The notes under the pieces are model-generated. The model had not been told where the DNA came from. It was given only the letters and a program-made list of their open reading frames with translations, and did not search any database. This document shows positions 39,813 to 49,153 of a stretch of 64,000 bases of DNA, piece by piece (within the stretch, counting starts at the first letter, position 1; each line of letters begins with the position of its first letter). Location: positions 1-64,000 of the forward strand of contig CANLTW010000004.1 in NCBI GenBank assembly GCA_947494155.1, written 5' to 3'. Source of the stretch: Chlamydiota bacterium (GTDB lineage Bacteria > Chlamydiota > Chlamydiia > Chlamydiales > RGXB01). Position numbers and translations under genes: made by a program.

Positions 39813-41101
39813 AAAAGACTCGAATTCAAAACATCCGCGGAAATCTTATCACCTTGCAAGCTGTGGGCCCCGCCATGGGAGAGCTCGCTGAAGTAATAAG
39901 ACGCGATACGAGCCGCTCGCTAGCCTCGGTTATCCGTATCGATTCAGATAAAGTTACTTTGCAGGTTTTCGATTCCACTAGAGGCATTAGCGTCAATGAC
40001 GAGGTAGTTTTTTTAAGGGACTATTTTCGCCTTGGAATCAGTGATGATTGTTTAGGATCGGTATTTAGCGGCAGCGGAAAGCTCAAGATGGGGGTTGATG
40101 CAGGTCATGAGCGTATTGAGGTGGGGCGTCCGAGTTTTAACCCGATGAAACGCCGAATGCCGAGCTTAATGATCCGCACAAACTTGCCAATGATCGACAT
40201 GTTCAACACCTTTGTGCGCGGTCAAAAAATCCCCCTTTTCTGTAGTCCCGGCTCAAAACCTGTGGAGGTTCTGTGCCGTATTGCGAATCAAACCGATGCC
40301 GATGTCGTAATTATTGGTGGAATGGGTTTGACGCAGACCCAGTACGAAAAATTTATCCAAAACGCCCGTACTAGCGGGTCATTAAATCGGACCCTTTTTT
40401 ACGCACACTTAGCTACCGACCCGGTCAATGAGGCGGTGATGGTTCCCGATCTGGCTCTTGCAGCTGCTGAGTATTTCGCTTTGAAAGGGAAAAATGTTTT
40501 GGTGCTTTTAACCGACATGGTTGCATTTGCCGACGCCCTGAAAGAGATCGCTATCTCCTTGGATTTCGTCCCTGCCAACCGCGGATACTCCTCCGACCTA
40601 TACACTCAGCTTGCCATGCGCTACGAGAAGGCGGTGGAAATCGAGGGGAATGGAGCGCTGACTATTCTCGCTTCGACAACCCTACCGGCTAATGACGTTA
40701 CCCACCCCATTCCGGACCTTACCGGTTACATCACTGAGGGGCAATTCTATCTTAACATCGATTGTATCGAGCCTTTTGGATCTCTATCACGTCTTAAGCA
40801 GCTTGTGATTGGAAAAACTACACGCACCGATCATGGGCACCTAGCTAATGCAATGATTCGTCTTTATGCAGACGCTTTGAAAGCCAAAGAGCGTGATCGG
40901 ATGGGGTTCAAACTTTCAAGTTGGGACAATAAACTTCTAAAGTATCAACAGCAATTTCGGGCGAAATTTATGAGCCTAGAGGTGAATATACCACTCGAAG
41001 AGGCATTGGATCAGGGGTGGAAAATGCTTTCCGACTGCTTTGAAAAAGAGGAAGTGGGAATTAAAAAAGAAGTCGTGGATATCCATTGGGCTTGCGTCTG
41101 A
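39803..41101 (+). CDS. atpB: V-type ATP synthase subunit B
   Basis: GQKIP, LLTDM, THPIPDLTGYITEGQ, SLSRL. Confidence 0.95.
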   Translation: MQVKKTRIQNIRGNLITLQAVGPAMGELAEVIRRDTSRSLASVIRIDSDKVTLQVFDSTRGISVNDEVVFLRDYFRLGISDDCLGSVFSGSGKLKMGVDAGHERIEVGRPSFNPMKRRMPSLMIRTNLPMIDMFNTFVRGQKIPLFCSPGSKPVEVLCRIANQTDADVVIIGGMGLTQTQYEKFIQNARTSGSLNRTLFYAHLATDPVNEAVMVPDLALAAAEYFALKGKNVLVLLTDMVAFADALKEIAISLDFVPANRGYSSDLYTQLAMRYEKAVEIEGNGALTILASTTLPANDVTHPIPDLTGYITEGQFYLNIDCIEPFGSLSRLKQLVIGKTTRTDHGHLANAMIRLYADALKAKERDRMGFKLSSWDNKLLKYQQQFRAKFMSLEVNIPLEEALDQGWKMLSDCFEKEEVGIKKEVVDIHWACV

Positions 41102-41110
41102 GGTAGAATT

Positions 41111-41719
41111 TTGTCTGAAATCCGTTTATCCAAAATAGAACTTAAAAACCAGCAAAACAGCCTTGAGCAGTTTAAAAGGTATCTTCCTGTTTTAGAGCTA
41201 AAAAAAATTCTTTTGCAATCTGTTTTATCCCATCTGGATGTGGAGCTGTTCCAATCCGAATCCAAAAAAATGGAACAGCAAAGACGATTGATGTCTGTAA
41301 GCGCACTTTTTGCGAAACCCGGAATGAAAGAGTTTACCGATTCGATGCGCGTTATTACCATTCAACGGAGTGAGGAGAACATCGCCGGTATAGAACTCCC
41401 CGTATTCATGGGTGTAGAATTCGCCCCTGTAGAGAGTCTTGTAGGATCGGTCCCTTTGAATGCGTTTAGTTTGCGGGGAATTTTTGAGGAGGTGATGGAG
41501 GTAATCTGCCGGCACCAGGTTCTTTTGGAACGTCGAAAAATTTTGGAAAAAGAATTGAGAGATGTGACGGTCAAAGTCAATTTATTTGACAAGATCCTGA
41601 TTCCTCGAGCTGAAGCGAACATTAAAAAAATTAAAATTGCTTTAGATGATCAACAACTTGCTCAGATCGCTAATGCAAAAAAAGCTAAAGAGCTGATTTT
41701 GAAAAAGGGGGCGAGATGA
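41111..41719 (+). CDS. atpD: V-type ATP synthase subunit D
   Basis: RYLPVLELKK, ENIAGIELP, KVNLFDKILIP. Confidence 0.92.
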   Translation: MSEIRLSKIELKNQQNSLEQFKRYLPVLELKKILLQSVLSHLDVELFQSESKKMEQQRRLMSVSALFAKPGMKEFTDSMRVITIQRSEENIAGIELPVFMGVEFAPVESLVGSVPLNAFSLRGIFEEVMEVICRHQVLLERRKILEKELRDVTVKVNLFDKILIPRAEANIKKIKIALDDQQLAQIANAKKAKELILKKGAR

Positions 41720-43632
41720 TCATACCCTGTGAAAAAGTTCTCTTCATCGGTACTACGGAGGATTTGGTTCAGTTTTTAGAAAACGCTCAAAAGATTGGAC
41801 AGCTGCAATTCCAATCGATTGAGGGGAAAAAAATGCGCACGATCTCCAACGCTGCGGAAGATGTCCTCCATGCCTTAAGGATTCTTCGTCGCCAAGTTCC
41901 GGTCGATCAACTCAAAAATGACGTAGTCCCACGCTACGAACTGGTCGAAAAAATCATCTATTTGCAAGACAGGTGCGATCGTATAGTTGAGGCTCAAAAG
42001 ATTCTACAGCATGAGATCCAGAGAATTAAACCTTTTGGAAATATCGACCTTGAAACAGTGAACGCAATAAGCGAAAAATCGCTACACAAAGTCCAATTTT
42101 TTTTCAAAAAAGGGAAAAAGGAGTTGCCTGAGGAGCTTTTTAAGAGACTTGTGTATATTGACACCGACGGCACTACCGACTATTTCATGCATATAGGGCC
42201 CGATCCTTTGAAAGCGGACGGTCTTACGGAGACGGTGATGGAGTACTCGCTCAATTCTTTGAAGGAGCGCTACCAAAATCTGCAGAAAGAAGAGGTCAGG
42301 ATTCAAACCGAGCTCAAAGAGATGGCTCATTACAAGGAGATTTTAGAAGAGTACCTTGAAGAGCTTCTCGACCACGACGATCTCCGCTATACACGTTCTC
42401 AGGCCGAAAATATTTTAGGCTCCACCCTTTTTGCTATTGAGGCCTGGACACCGGCCGGAAAAGAGGATTGGAAAGAGGCCCTTAAAGGGGTCAATGTTCA
42501 TATGGAGCATGTCCGTATTCGCCCCGATGAGACGGTCCCTACTTTCATGGAGAATGCCGGCTATCGTAAAGTGGGTGAGGATCTTGTCAAAGTCTACGAC
42601 GTCCCCTCGATCGAGGATAAAGATCCCTCTTTATGGGTGCTGATCTTTTTTACCCTTTTTTTTGCTATGATTGTAGCAGACGCAGGTTATGGTTTACTGT
42701 TTTTGATCGCGTCGTTGATTGCTAATACTGTGTTTCGTAAAGCCGAAGGGTTGACGAAAAGATTACTCAAATTAGCGCTGATTCTATCCTCAGCCTGTGT
42801 AGTTTGGGGAGTTTTGACCGCATCCTATTTCGGTATGCAGCTGAGCCCCGAGAACCCCCTTTCTAAAAGCTCTTTAATTTATCATGTCTCCAAGAAAAAG
42901 ATCCTCTACCAGATAGAAAAAAAGGGATCTGTCTACAATGACTGGATCAAAGAGTATCCGCAACTTGCACAGGAGACCTCGCCAGAAGCCTTTTTACAAA
43001 GGGGTGCAAAAATCAAAGATGGCAAAGTACAATACGAGTTAGCCGAGGATCTTTTTTTAGCAAATCTTTTGGAATTTTCCCTATTGATAGGAACTTTGCA
43101 TATCATTTTATCTCTTTTTCGAGGCTCAAGAAAAAATCTTGGTAGTCTCGGATGGGTTCTCTTTGCAGTAGGGGCTTTTTTATATTTCCCCACCTACATG
43201 GGGGTACCAACATTGTTGAATGAACTGGGGATAATCTCAGAGGAAAATGCTGCAATTTATGGTCTGCAATTCATAGCTATTGGAATCGCTTTTGCGACCA
43301 TGGTAGCCCTATTTAAAAGGAGACTATCGGGTATTTTTGAGCTTACTCACGCTGTACAGATTTTTGCCGATGTGATTTCTTACGTGCGTTTGTATGCGCT
43401 TGGACTTACAGGGGTCATCTTGGCAAGCACCTCCAATAAATTTGCTGAGGATCTAGGTTATGCTGTGGGCCTTTTTATTCTATTATTTGGCCACGGCTTG
43501 AATATCATGGTCGCTCTGATGAGCGGAACAATCCATGGTTTACGTTTGAATTTTTTAGAGTGGTATCGCCACTGTTTTGAGGGGGGAGGGAAACTCTTTA
43601 CCCCGTTATTAAAAAGGAGAATTACTTTATGA
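41716..43632 (+). CDS. atpI: V-type ATP synthase subunit I
   Basis: FFAMIVADAGYG, DVISYVRLYALGL, HGLRLNFLEW. Confidence 0.95.
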   Translation: MIIPCEKVLFIGTTEDLVQFLENAQKIGQLQFQSIEGKKMRTISNAAEDVLHALRILRRQVPVDQLKNDVVPRYELVEKIIYLQDRCDRIVEAQKILQHEIQRIKPFGNIDLETVNAISEKSLHKVQFFFKKGKKELPEELFKRLVYIDTDGTTDYFMHIGPDPLKADGLTETVMEYSLNSLKERYQNLQKEEVRIQTELKEMAHYKEILEEYLEELLDHDDLRYTRSQAENILGSTLFAIEAWTPAGKEDWKEALKGVNVHMEHVRIRPDETVPTFMENAGYRKVGEDLVKVYDVPSIEDKDPSLWVLIFFTLFFAMIVADAGYGLLFLIASLIANTVFRKAEGLTKRLLKLALILSSACVVWGVLTASYFGMQLSPENPLSKSSLIYHVSKKKILYQIEKKGSVYNDWIKEYPQLAQETSPEAFLQRGAKIKDGKVQYELAEDLFLANLLEFSLLIGTLHIILSLFRGSRKNLGSLGWVLFAVGAFLYFPTYMGVPTLLNELGIISEENAAIYGLQFIAIGIAFATMVALFKRRLSGIFELTHAVQIFADVISYVRLYALGLTGVILASTSNKFAEDLGYAVGLFILLFGHGLNIMVALMSGTIHGLRLNFLEWYRHCFEGGGKLFTPLLKRRITL

Positions 43633-44063
43633 CACCAACTTTATATGCTATGGCGGGACCCGCTCTGGTTTTAGGAATCTCCCTTTTTGGCAGCTCGCTT
43701 GGATGCGCCATAGGCTTTTCAGCGGCACAAGGGGTAATGGCTCGCACAGATGAGGGGCACGCAAAATACATCTCCCTTGCGGTCCTTCCCTCCTCTCAAG
43801 GGTTATTTGGTTCGATTTTGATGGTTTTAATGCGCGCAGCTATTGTTGCAGGTACATTGTCTCCGCTTTCAGCGATCTTTATCGGCCTGTCTACAGGACT
43901 TGCCCTTTTGGGTTCTTCTGTGTTCCAGGGAAAAGTTGTCGCTGCGGCCATCCAATCGATTGCAAAACAACCCGGTCTTTTCGGCAAATCTTTTGTCGGA
44001 ATCGTTGTGATTGAATCCTTCTCCCTTTTTGCGTTTGCCTTTTCATTGATGCTTTTAAAGTAG
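43629..44063 (+). CDS. atpK: V-type ATP synthase subunit K (proteolipid)
   Basis: Four TM helices, PSSQ, FQG and the conserved Glu in VIESF. Confidence 0.92.
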   Translation: MTPTLYAMAGPALVLGISLFGSSLGCAIGFSAAQGVMARTDEGHAKYISLAVLPSSQGLFGSILMVLMRAAIVAGTLSPLSAIFIGLSTGLALLGSSVFQGKVVAAAIQSIAKQPGLFGKSFVGIVVIESFSLFAFAFSLMLLK

Positions 44064-44098
44064 CCTCTCTTTTTAAAAGAGCATAAAGGATAAATATG

Positions 44099-44130
44099 AA
44101 GACTCGCATGCAAAGCGAGTCTTTTATTTT
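44099..44130 (+). terminator. Intrinsic terminator of the V-ATPase operon
   Basis: aagactcgc-atgcaaa-gcgagtctt followed by ttatttt. Confidence 0.8.
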
Positions 44131-44379
44131 CCTATTATTTCCAACTAAAATCTATACAAATCTTTAAAAATAGGCAAAAAAAACCTTTATTTTTAAAAAC
44201 CAAAATTTTATTATCCCTTAAAAACCTTCTTCTAAAGAAAAACTTTAATGAGATTAGGTAGCCTTTATTTGTTTGTGGGGACTTTTGCATACCTTGCCTT
44301 TTTTCCCTCGCAAGAAAACTTTTTAGGCGGTAAATAAAGTTATTTCCAAAGGTTTTTAATAAAAAAAATAGGTATTGGA

Positions 44380-44922
44380 ATGTCTACAGAATTAACAACG
44401 CATACTAACTGGGGTGGGCCACTCATCAATTTGAATGGGCAAGACACCTTCTTCATTCACAGAGATCTTTCATCCACTATTTGTCTTATTGAAAAAGAGA
44501 CAGAAAAAGGGAGATGGGTTTTAGAGACGGATCCGGCTGAGGAACAAATACCCCACCTGAAAGTCTATGCAGCAAAATTTTTTAGCAAAAAACTTCCGAT
44601 GCCTGTTGAAGAGGCTGTCAAAGAACTCAATTTAGATGAAAGAACCGAGAGGGTTTTTTTAGATTGGACTAGAGAGAATGAGTGGATAGAGATTGTCCCT
44701 TTTAAATACCCCGCCTTGAGAATCATGCGTAATGTAACGGGCCTTTGCCTTTTGTTGATTGTGGGGATTTCAGATCGTCTTCTCCAGACGATTTTTTCTG
44801 AGGAGAGCCTACAAAATAGCAGGACATTCTCTTTTTTATTTGGTGGAGCCTATATTTTTGCTGACTATCTCTTAAAAAAAAGAGAGACTTTAAGCAGGTC
44901 AATCTGTCTAATTCGTCCTTAA
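44380..44922 (+). CDS. Hypothetical protein with two C-terminal hydrophobic segments
   Basis: 180 aa ORF with VTGLCLLLIVGI and FSFLFGGAYIFA. Confidence 0.55.
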   Translation: MSTELTTHTNWGGPLINLNGQDTFFIHRDLSSTICLIEKETEKGRWVLETDPAEEQIPHLKVYAAKFFSKKLPMPVEEAVKELNLDERTERVFLDWTRENEWIEIVPFKYPALRIMRNVTGLCLLLIVGISDRLLQTIFSEESLQNSRTFSFLFGGAYIFADYLLKKRETLSRSICLIRP

Positions 44923-44931
44923 AAAAGGGAT

Positions 44932-44964
44932 AACGGGTCCATTTTTTTGTAATAGACCCGTTTT
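44932..44964. terminator. Bidirectional terminator between convergent genes
   Basis: aacgggtc...gacccgtt with a T tail. Confidence 0.55.
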
Positions 44965-44985
44965 TGTAAAAGCGATAAAAGTTTT

Positions 44986-46056
44986 TTAGCCGTTAAAAAC
45001 ACCCTCCATGATGTTTAATCTATCATTGGAGACTAAGCGGAAAGTAAAGGGTCGGTCAAAGCGAATTGTGTGCGAGGGTAAAGGTTTAACGCTTGTAGTG
45101 CGGAAAAGACCAGCCGTTACAAAAGCGGCCTTAACGCCCCCCTCTTCTAAGACAAAGAAGGTTTTTTGCACTACGCTCGCAAGTTTACCTGCCTCTGTCT
45201 CCTTATTTAAGGGGATCCCCGTTTCCAAAAGTTTTTCAAGAAGCTCTTGGGTGTTGGAAAGGGAAAATTTAGGAAGTGTGATGTCGACATAGCAGGTTTT
45301 CCCTCTATGGCTCCCCTCGTAAAAAGCATCTTGTTCTAAAAGCTTTTCTATCGGGATACCCCCTTTTGGGATGGAGAGTTGCAAGCGATAGGAGGAGCCT
45401 TCCAGCTCAAGCTCAATGAACTGCAAAAATCCATTTTCATAGTAGCGGACTCTTTTCATCCCCCACATCATATCGATCTCTTTTTTTTCCTTTGTTGAGG
45501 TCTGGAATACCTTTTTTTTAGTGTGGCTAGGATCAAAAGGGTCATCGAATTTCCCGATAAACGAACCCGCATTGACTGCTACAAGCCCCTCTTTAGGGAG
45601 GTCTCTTCTCTGTTCAAAGATTTTGGGTATCATCCCATCGGTCTTTTCCTTCACAAAATCATTCAGCCTCTCGACGATGTAAGGATCATCTAGATTTAGA
45701 CCTAAACAGTGTAACAGCTCTAAATGCTCGTTTAGTAAACTAAGGTCGATAGTCGATGCACAGCAGTTTCCTAGTTTAAGCTGAGGATGGTTCTCAAACA
45801 TGGATAAAAGATAACGTGTAACACTCTCTTTATTTTTTGTTCCAAAGACCTCTTGAAGAATGATCTCTTGTTCTTCGGGCCTAAAAAGGGGATAGATGAT
45901 TCCTACGAACTGATCTATACTTAAGGGGGCAATTAAAGAGCTTTTTTGCTCATGTTGGTAAAGCTTTTTTAATATGGAGGTCTCTTTTGAGGCGACGGGA
46001 AGAACAGTTAGAATGTTTTCGTCCTCAATCTGCATTTGTGGATTGTCCACGATCAT
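44986..46056 (-). CDS. Serpin-family protein
   Basis: LVAVNAGSFIGKF, VDITLPKFSL, hinge EEGGVKAA and FDRPFTF serpin signature. RBS aaggag. Confidence 0.75.
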   Translation of the reverse strand: MIVDNPQMQIEDENILTVLPVASKETSILKKLYQHEQKSSLIAPLSIDQFVGIIYPLFRPEEQEIILQEVFGTKNKESVTRYLLSMFENHPQLKLGNCCASTIDLSLLNEHLELLHCLGLNLDDPYIVERLNDFVKEKTDGMIPKIFEQRRDLPKEGLVAVNAGSFIGKFDDPFDPSHTKKKVFQTSTKEKKEIDMMWGMKRVRYYENGFLQFIELELEGSSYRLQLSIPKGGIPIEKLLEQDAFYEGSHRGKTCYVDITLPKFSLSNTQELLEKLLETGIPLNKETEAGKLASVVQKTFFVLEEGGVKAAFVTAGLFRTTSVKPLPSHTIRFDRPFTFRLVSNDRLNIMEGVFNG

Positions 46057-46164
46057 AGTATCTCCTTTCGCTCAAAGAGCATGAAGTTTTTAGATTCTAT
46101 GATAGTTAACGTTTATAATAAAAAAAAGTAATTTATCTTAAGCTAGGTGAGGTAAAGGCAAAAT

Positions 46165-46821
46165 TTATTCCTTAATCAATTCATCGATATCGTCATACCG
46201 CACATGCTGAATATCGCTGTAGCCACCGCGCTGAAAGACTAGGTTTTTTGTGTAAAAAGCGAGGTCATTTTGTAAAAGGGTATCCCAGGCAATATCAATG
46301 ATGGTCTCATCTGGGGCATTTTTTGCAAAAGGGATGGAAAGAAGCTTTTGGTAGCAACTTTCAAAACAGGCTAAAAGTTTTGGGATGTAATGGGAATTTA
46401 CCAAGTAGGCATGAGCCCGTCTAGAGCTTTTAACGCGTGATATTCCTGCAAAAGAGGAGGGTTCACTTTTTTTTATCTGCCCGCCAAGAAAAAAAATGTC
46501 GTACGTTTTGATTCTGTCGTAAAAGTACCCCAGGTGGGTCTCAATTTCATCATTATTGGCAAGAAAAAAGGCATCATCTTCTAAAATTAGAACCTCTTTG
46601 AGACCCCTTTCTTGGGCAAGTTTTAGAGCTTTAATATGGCTTAAAGCACAGCCTCTATGCCCGTTAAGCACATCATGCTCTCCCTCGATTCTCTCGATTT
46701 TTTCCTCTTTTACGCCCAGCTTTTTAAGCTGAGAAAGAATCAAAGCATTCCGATCGGCTCGATGACTTAGGTTGATGTAGAAGATTTTTTCTAACCTGTT
46801 GAGTCCTTTGCAAGTGCTCAT
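46165..46821 (-). CDS. Glycosyltransferase family 25
   Basis: FYINL.HR.DR, GCALSH, LILEDD, AHAYLV, QRGGYSDI. Confidence 0.85.
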   Translation of the reverse strand: MSTCKGLNRLEKIFYINLSHRADRNALILSQLKKLGVKEEKIERIEGEHDVLNGHRGCALSHIKALKLAQERGLKEVLILEDDAFFLANNDEIETHLGYFYDRIKTYDIFFLGGQIKKSEPSSFAGISRVKSSRRAHAYLVNSHYIPKLLACFESCYQKLLSIPFAKNAPDETIIDIAWDTLLQNDLAFYTKNLVFQRGGYSDIQHVRYDDIDELIKE

Positions 46822-46841
46822 TGTTCTGCTATCTCCTGTTT

Positions 46842-47486
46842 TTAAGACAAATATGTGGTATAGTCATCATGGGTGAAGTGCTGAATATCACTGTATCCAC
46901 CCCTCTGGTAGGCGAAAATTTTGGTAAATAGCACAAGATGCGTTTCGAAAAGATGATCCCATGCTCTGTCTATAGCCAAATCGTGGACCTGATTGAATGT
47001 AGGGATTGTTTGTAATCTCAAATAGGCCTTCTCAAAGACCTCTAAAATTGTAGGAATAAAGTGGTCTTTCACAGCATAGGCGTGTGCTAATCTGGCCTTT
47101 CTTGCCCGAAAGATCCCCTCAATTTGACTTTTTTGATATTGCTCCACTCTGGCCCCTAGAAGAAGCATATCGTAGGTTTGTGCATGTTGAAAGAGTAGAT
47201 GCAGGTGGCTTTCAATCTCGTTATTGTCGCAGGAAAAGAAGGCATCATCTTCCAGAATAAGAACCTCCTTAAGTCCCAGTTTTTTTGCAAGCTTAAGGGC
47301 ATCGATATGGCTCAGAGCACAACCTCTATGACCATTTAAAACATCTAAATTTCCTTCAATCCGTACGATTTTATTAGGATCAACGCCTAATTTGTCTAAT
47401 TCTTGCAAAAGCAAACTTTTGCGATCGGTACGGTGGTCTAAGTTTATATAAAATATTTTTTCAAACCGATTTAAGCCCTTAGACAT
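46842..47486 (-). CDS. Glycosyltransferase family 25, tandem paralog
   Basis: Same motifs. Shares DVLNGHRGCALSHI and LKEVLILEDDAFF with the neighbour. Confidence 0.85.
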   Translation of the reverse strand: MSKGLNRFEKIFYINLDHRTDRKSLLLQELDKLGVDPNKIVRIEGNLDVLNGHRGCALSHIDALKLAKKLGLKEVLILEDDAFFSCDNNEIESHLHLLFQHAQTYDMLLLGARVEQYQKSQIEGIFRARKARLAHAYAVKDHFIPTILEVFEKAYLRLQTIPTFNQVHDLAIDRAWDHLFETHLVLFTKIFAYQRGGYSDIQHFTHDDYTTYLS

Positions 47487-47578
47487 GGTTGCTTCGCATT
47501 CTTCATTCGAGCTGAAATTATATTTTCCCTTTTATTTAGTCAATAAAGCGCCAAAAAGTAGGCCCATTTGATAATTGC

Positions 47579-47607
47579 TTGCATCCAACACAGATGTCTC
47601 CTAATAT
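47579..47607 (+). promoter_or_regulatory. Putative sigma66 promoter for fumC
   Basis: TTGCAT-N17-TAATAT. Confidence 0.45.
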
Positions 47608-47631
47608 GAAAAAAATTTTTGAGTTTTTCAG

Positions 47632-49038
47632 ATGGAATATCGTATTGAAAAAGATAGCTTGGGAGAGGTGAAAGTCCCCAAAGATCGTTTATATGGGGCT
47701 CAAACACAGCGCTCATTGGAAAATTTCAATGTGGGTACAAGCCACTTTCCGCTCGAGGTGATCAGCCAGCTAATTTTAATCAAGAAAGCAGCAGCAATAG
47801 TGAACCACAAGCTAGGGGTTTTAGACCAAACAAAGCATGAACTTATTGTTGATGCTGCCGATGCGCTTTTAAGGGGGGGGTTTGAAAAAGAGTTTCCTCT
47901 ACATCTGTATCAGACAGGATCGGGTACTCAGAGTAATATGAATGTGAATGAGGTGATTAGTAACCTTGCGATTAGAAAGCTTGGGGGAGTTTTAGGTTCC
48001 AAAGATCCGATCCACCCAAATGATCATGTAAACAAAAGCCAGTCCTCTAATGATACGATCCCGACAGCAATCCACATGGCTGTGGTTCATGAATGTAAAG
48101 TACGCCTTCTACCCAGCCTAAGGCTTTTTAGAGATGCTTTGGAGGAAAAAGCAAAAAGTTTTCATGATGTGATTAAGGTCGGAAGAACCCATTTGATGGA
48201 CGCTACCCCTTTAAGCCTGGGAGATGAATTCAAAGGCTACTGTGTCCAAATCGATCTAGGGATCCGTTCTGTAGAGGAGGCGTTGAAAGAGGTTGAGGCC
48301 CTTGCTATAGGCGGGACCGCTGTGGGTACAGGGATCAATACCCCAAAAGGGTTTCAAAAGCTGATGATTGAGGAGCTAAGCCGCCTTTGTGGGCACCATT
48401 TTAAATCTAGTGAGTCATTATTTGAAGCGCTCTCGTGTGAAGATAGCCTTGTTCAAATTGGTGGAGCTTTGAACCGACTAGCCTGCGCCGCGTTGAAGAT
48501 CGGAAATGATATTCGACTCTATGCTTCAGGGCCAAGAGCGGGGATAGGGGAGCTCATTTTGCCTGCGAATGAGCCGGGGTCTTCGATCATGCCGGGGAAG
48601 GTTAATCCTACCCAATGTGAATCGATTACAATGATCGCCGCAAGGGTGATGGGGAATTACACAACTATCACTATAGCAGCTTCACAAGGCCATTTTCAGC
48701 TGAATGTCTATCGTCCCGTGATCGCGCATGCCCTTTTGCAGTCGATAAGACTTTTAGCTGATGGAGTCAAGAATTTTACCGAGAAATGCCTTAAAGGGAT
48801 TCGGGTGAATCACAAAAAAATAGATACCCATTTGGAACAGTCGTTGATGTTGGTGACCGCACTTGTCCCTAAAATCGGCTATGATAACGCAGCTAAAATC
48901 GCTTTGTACGCGCATGAGCATAATCTGAGTTTAAAAATGGCTGCAGTCAAGCTGCATATTATGACAGAACAGGAGTATGACCAGTCGTTGAACATAAAAA
49001 AAATGGCATTTCCCCATGGAGATCACGCCAACGCTTAA
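47632..49038 (+). CDS. fumC: Fumarate hydratase class II
   Basis: QTGSGTQSNMN, HPNDHVNKSQSSND, GRTHLMDATP, GSSIMPGKVNPTQ. Confidence 0.96.
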   Translation: MEYRIEKDSLGEVKVPKDRLYGAQTQRSLENFNVGTSHFPLEVISQLILIKKAAAIVNHKLGVLDQTKHELIVDAADALLRGGFEKEFPLHLYQTGSGTQSNMNVNEVISNLAIRKLGGVLGSKDPIHPNDHVNKSQSSNDTIPTAIHMAVVHECKVRLLPSLRLFRDALEEKAKSFHDVIKVGRTHLMDATPLSLGDEFKGYCVQIDLGIRSVEEALKEVEALAIGGTAVGTGINTPKGFQKLMIEELSRLCGHHFKSSESLFEALSCEDSLVQIGGALNRLACAALKIGNDIRLYASGPRAGIGELILPANEPGSSIMPGKVNPTQCESITMIAARVMGNYTTITIAASQGHFQLNVYRPVIAHALLQSIRLLADGVKNFTEKCLKGIRVNHKKIDTHLEQSLMLVTALVPKIGYDNAAKIALYAHEHNLSLKMAAVKLHIMTEQEYDQSLNIKKMAFPHGDHANA

Positions 49039-49122
49039 GTCAAATAGTAAAATAAATGTTATAGCTCTAGCCTGTTAAAAGGGGGGTAAACGAAAAAAGA
49101 GCTAGCATTTAGGCGTTTTATG

Positions 49123-49140
49123 AGGGGGCTAGCGCCCCCT
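49123..49140. terminator. Hairpin between convergent fumC and the epimerase-reductase gene
   Basis: agggggc-tagc-gccccct. Confidence 0.5.
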
Positions 49141-49153
49141 TTGGAAAATTAAC

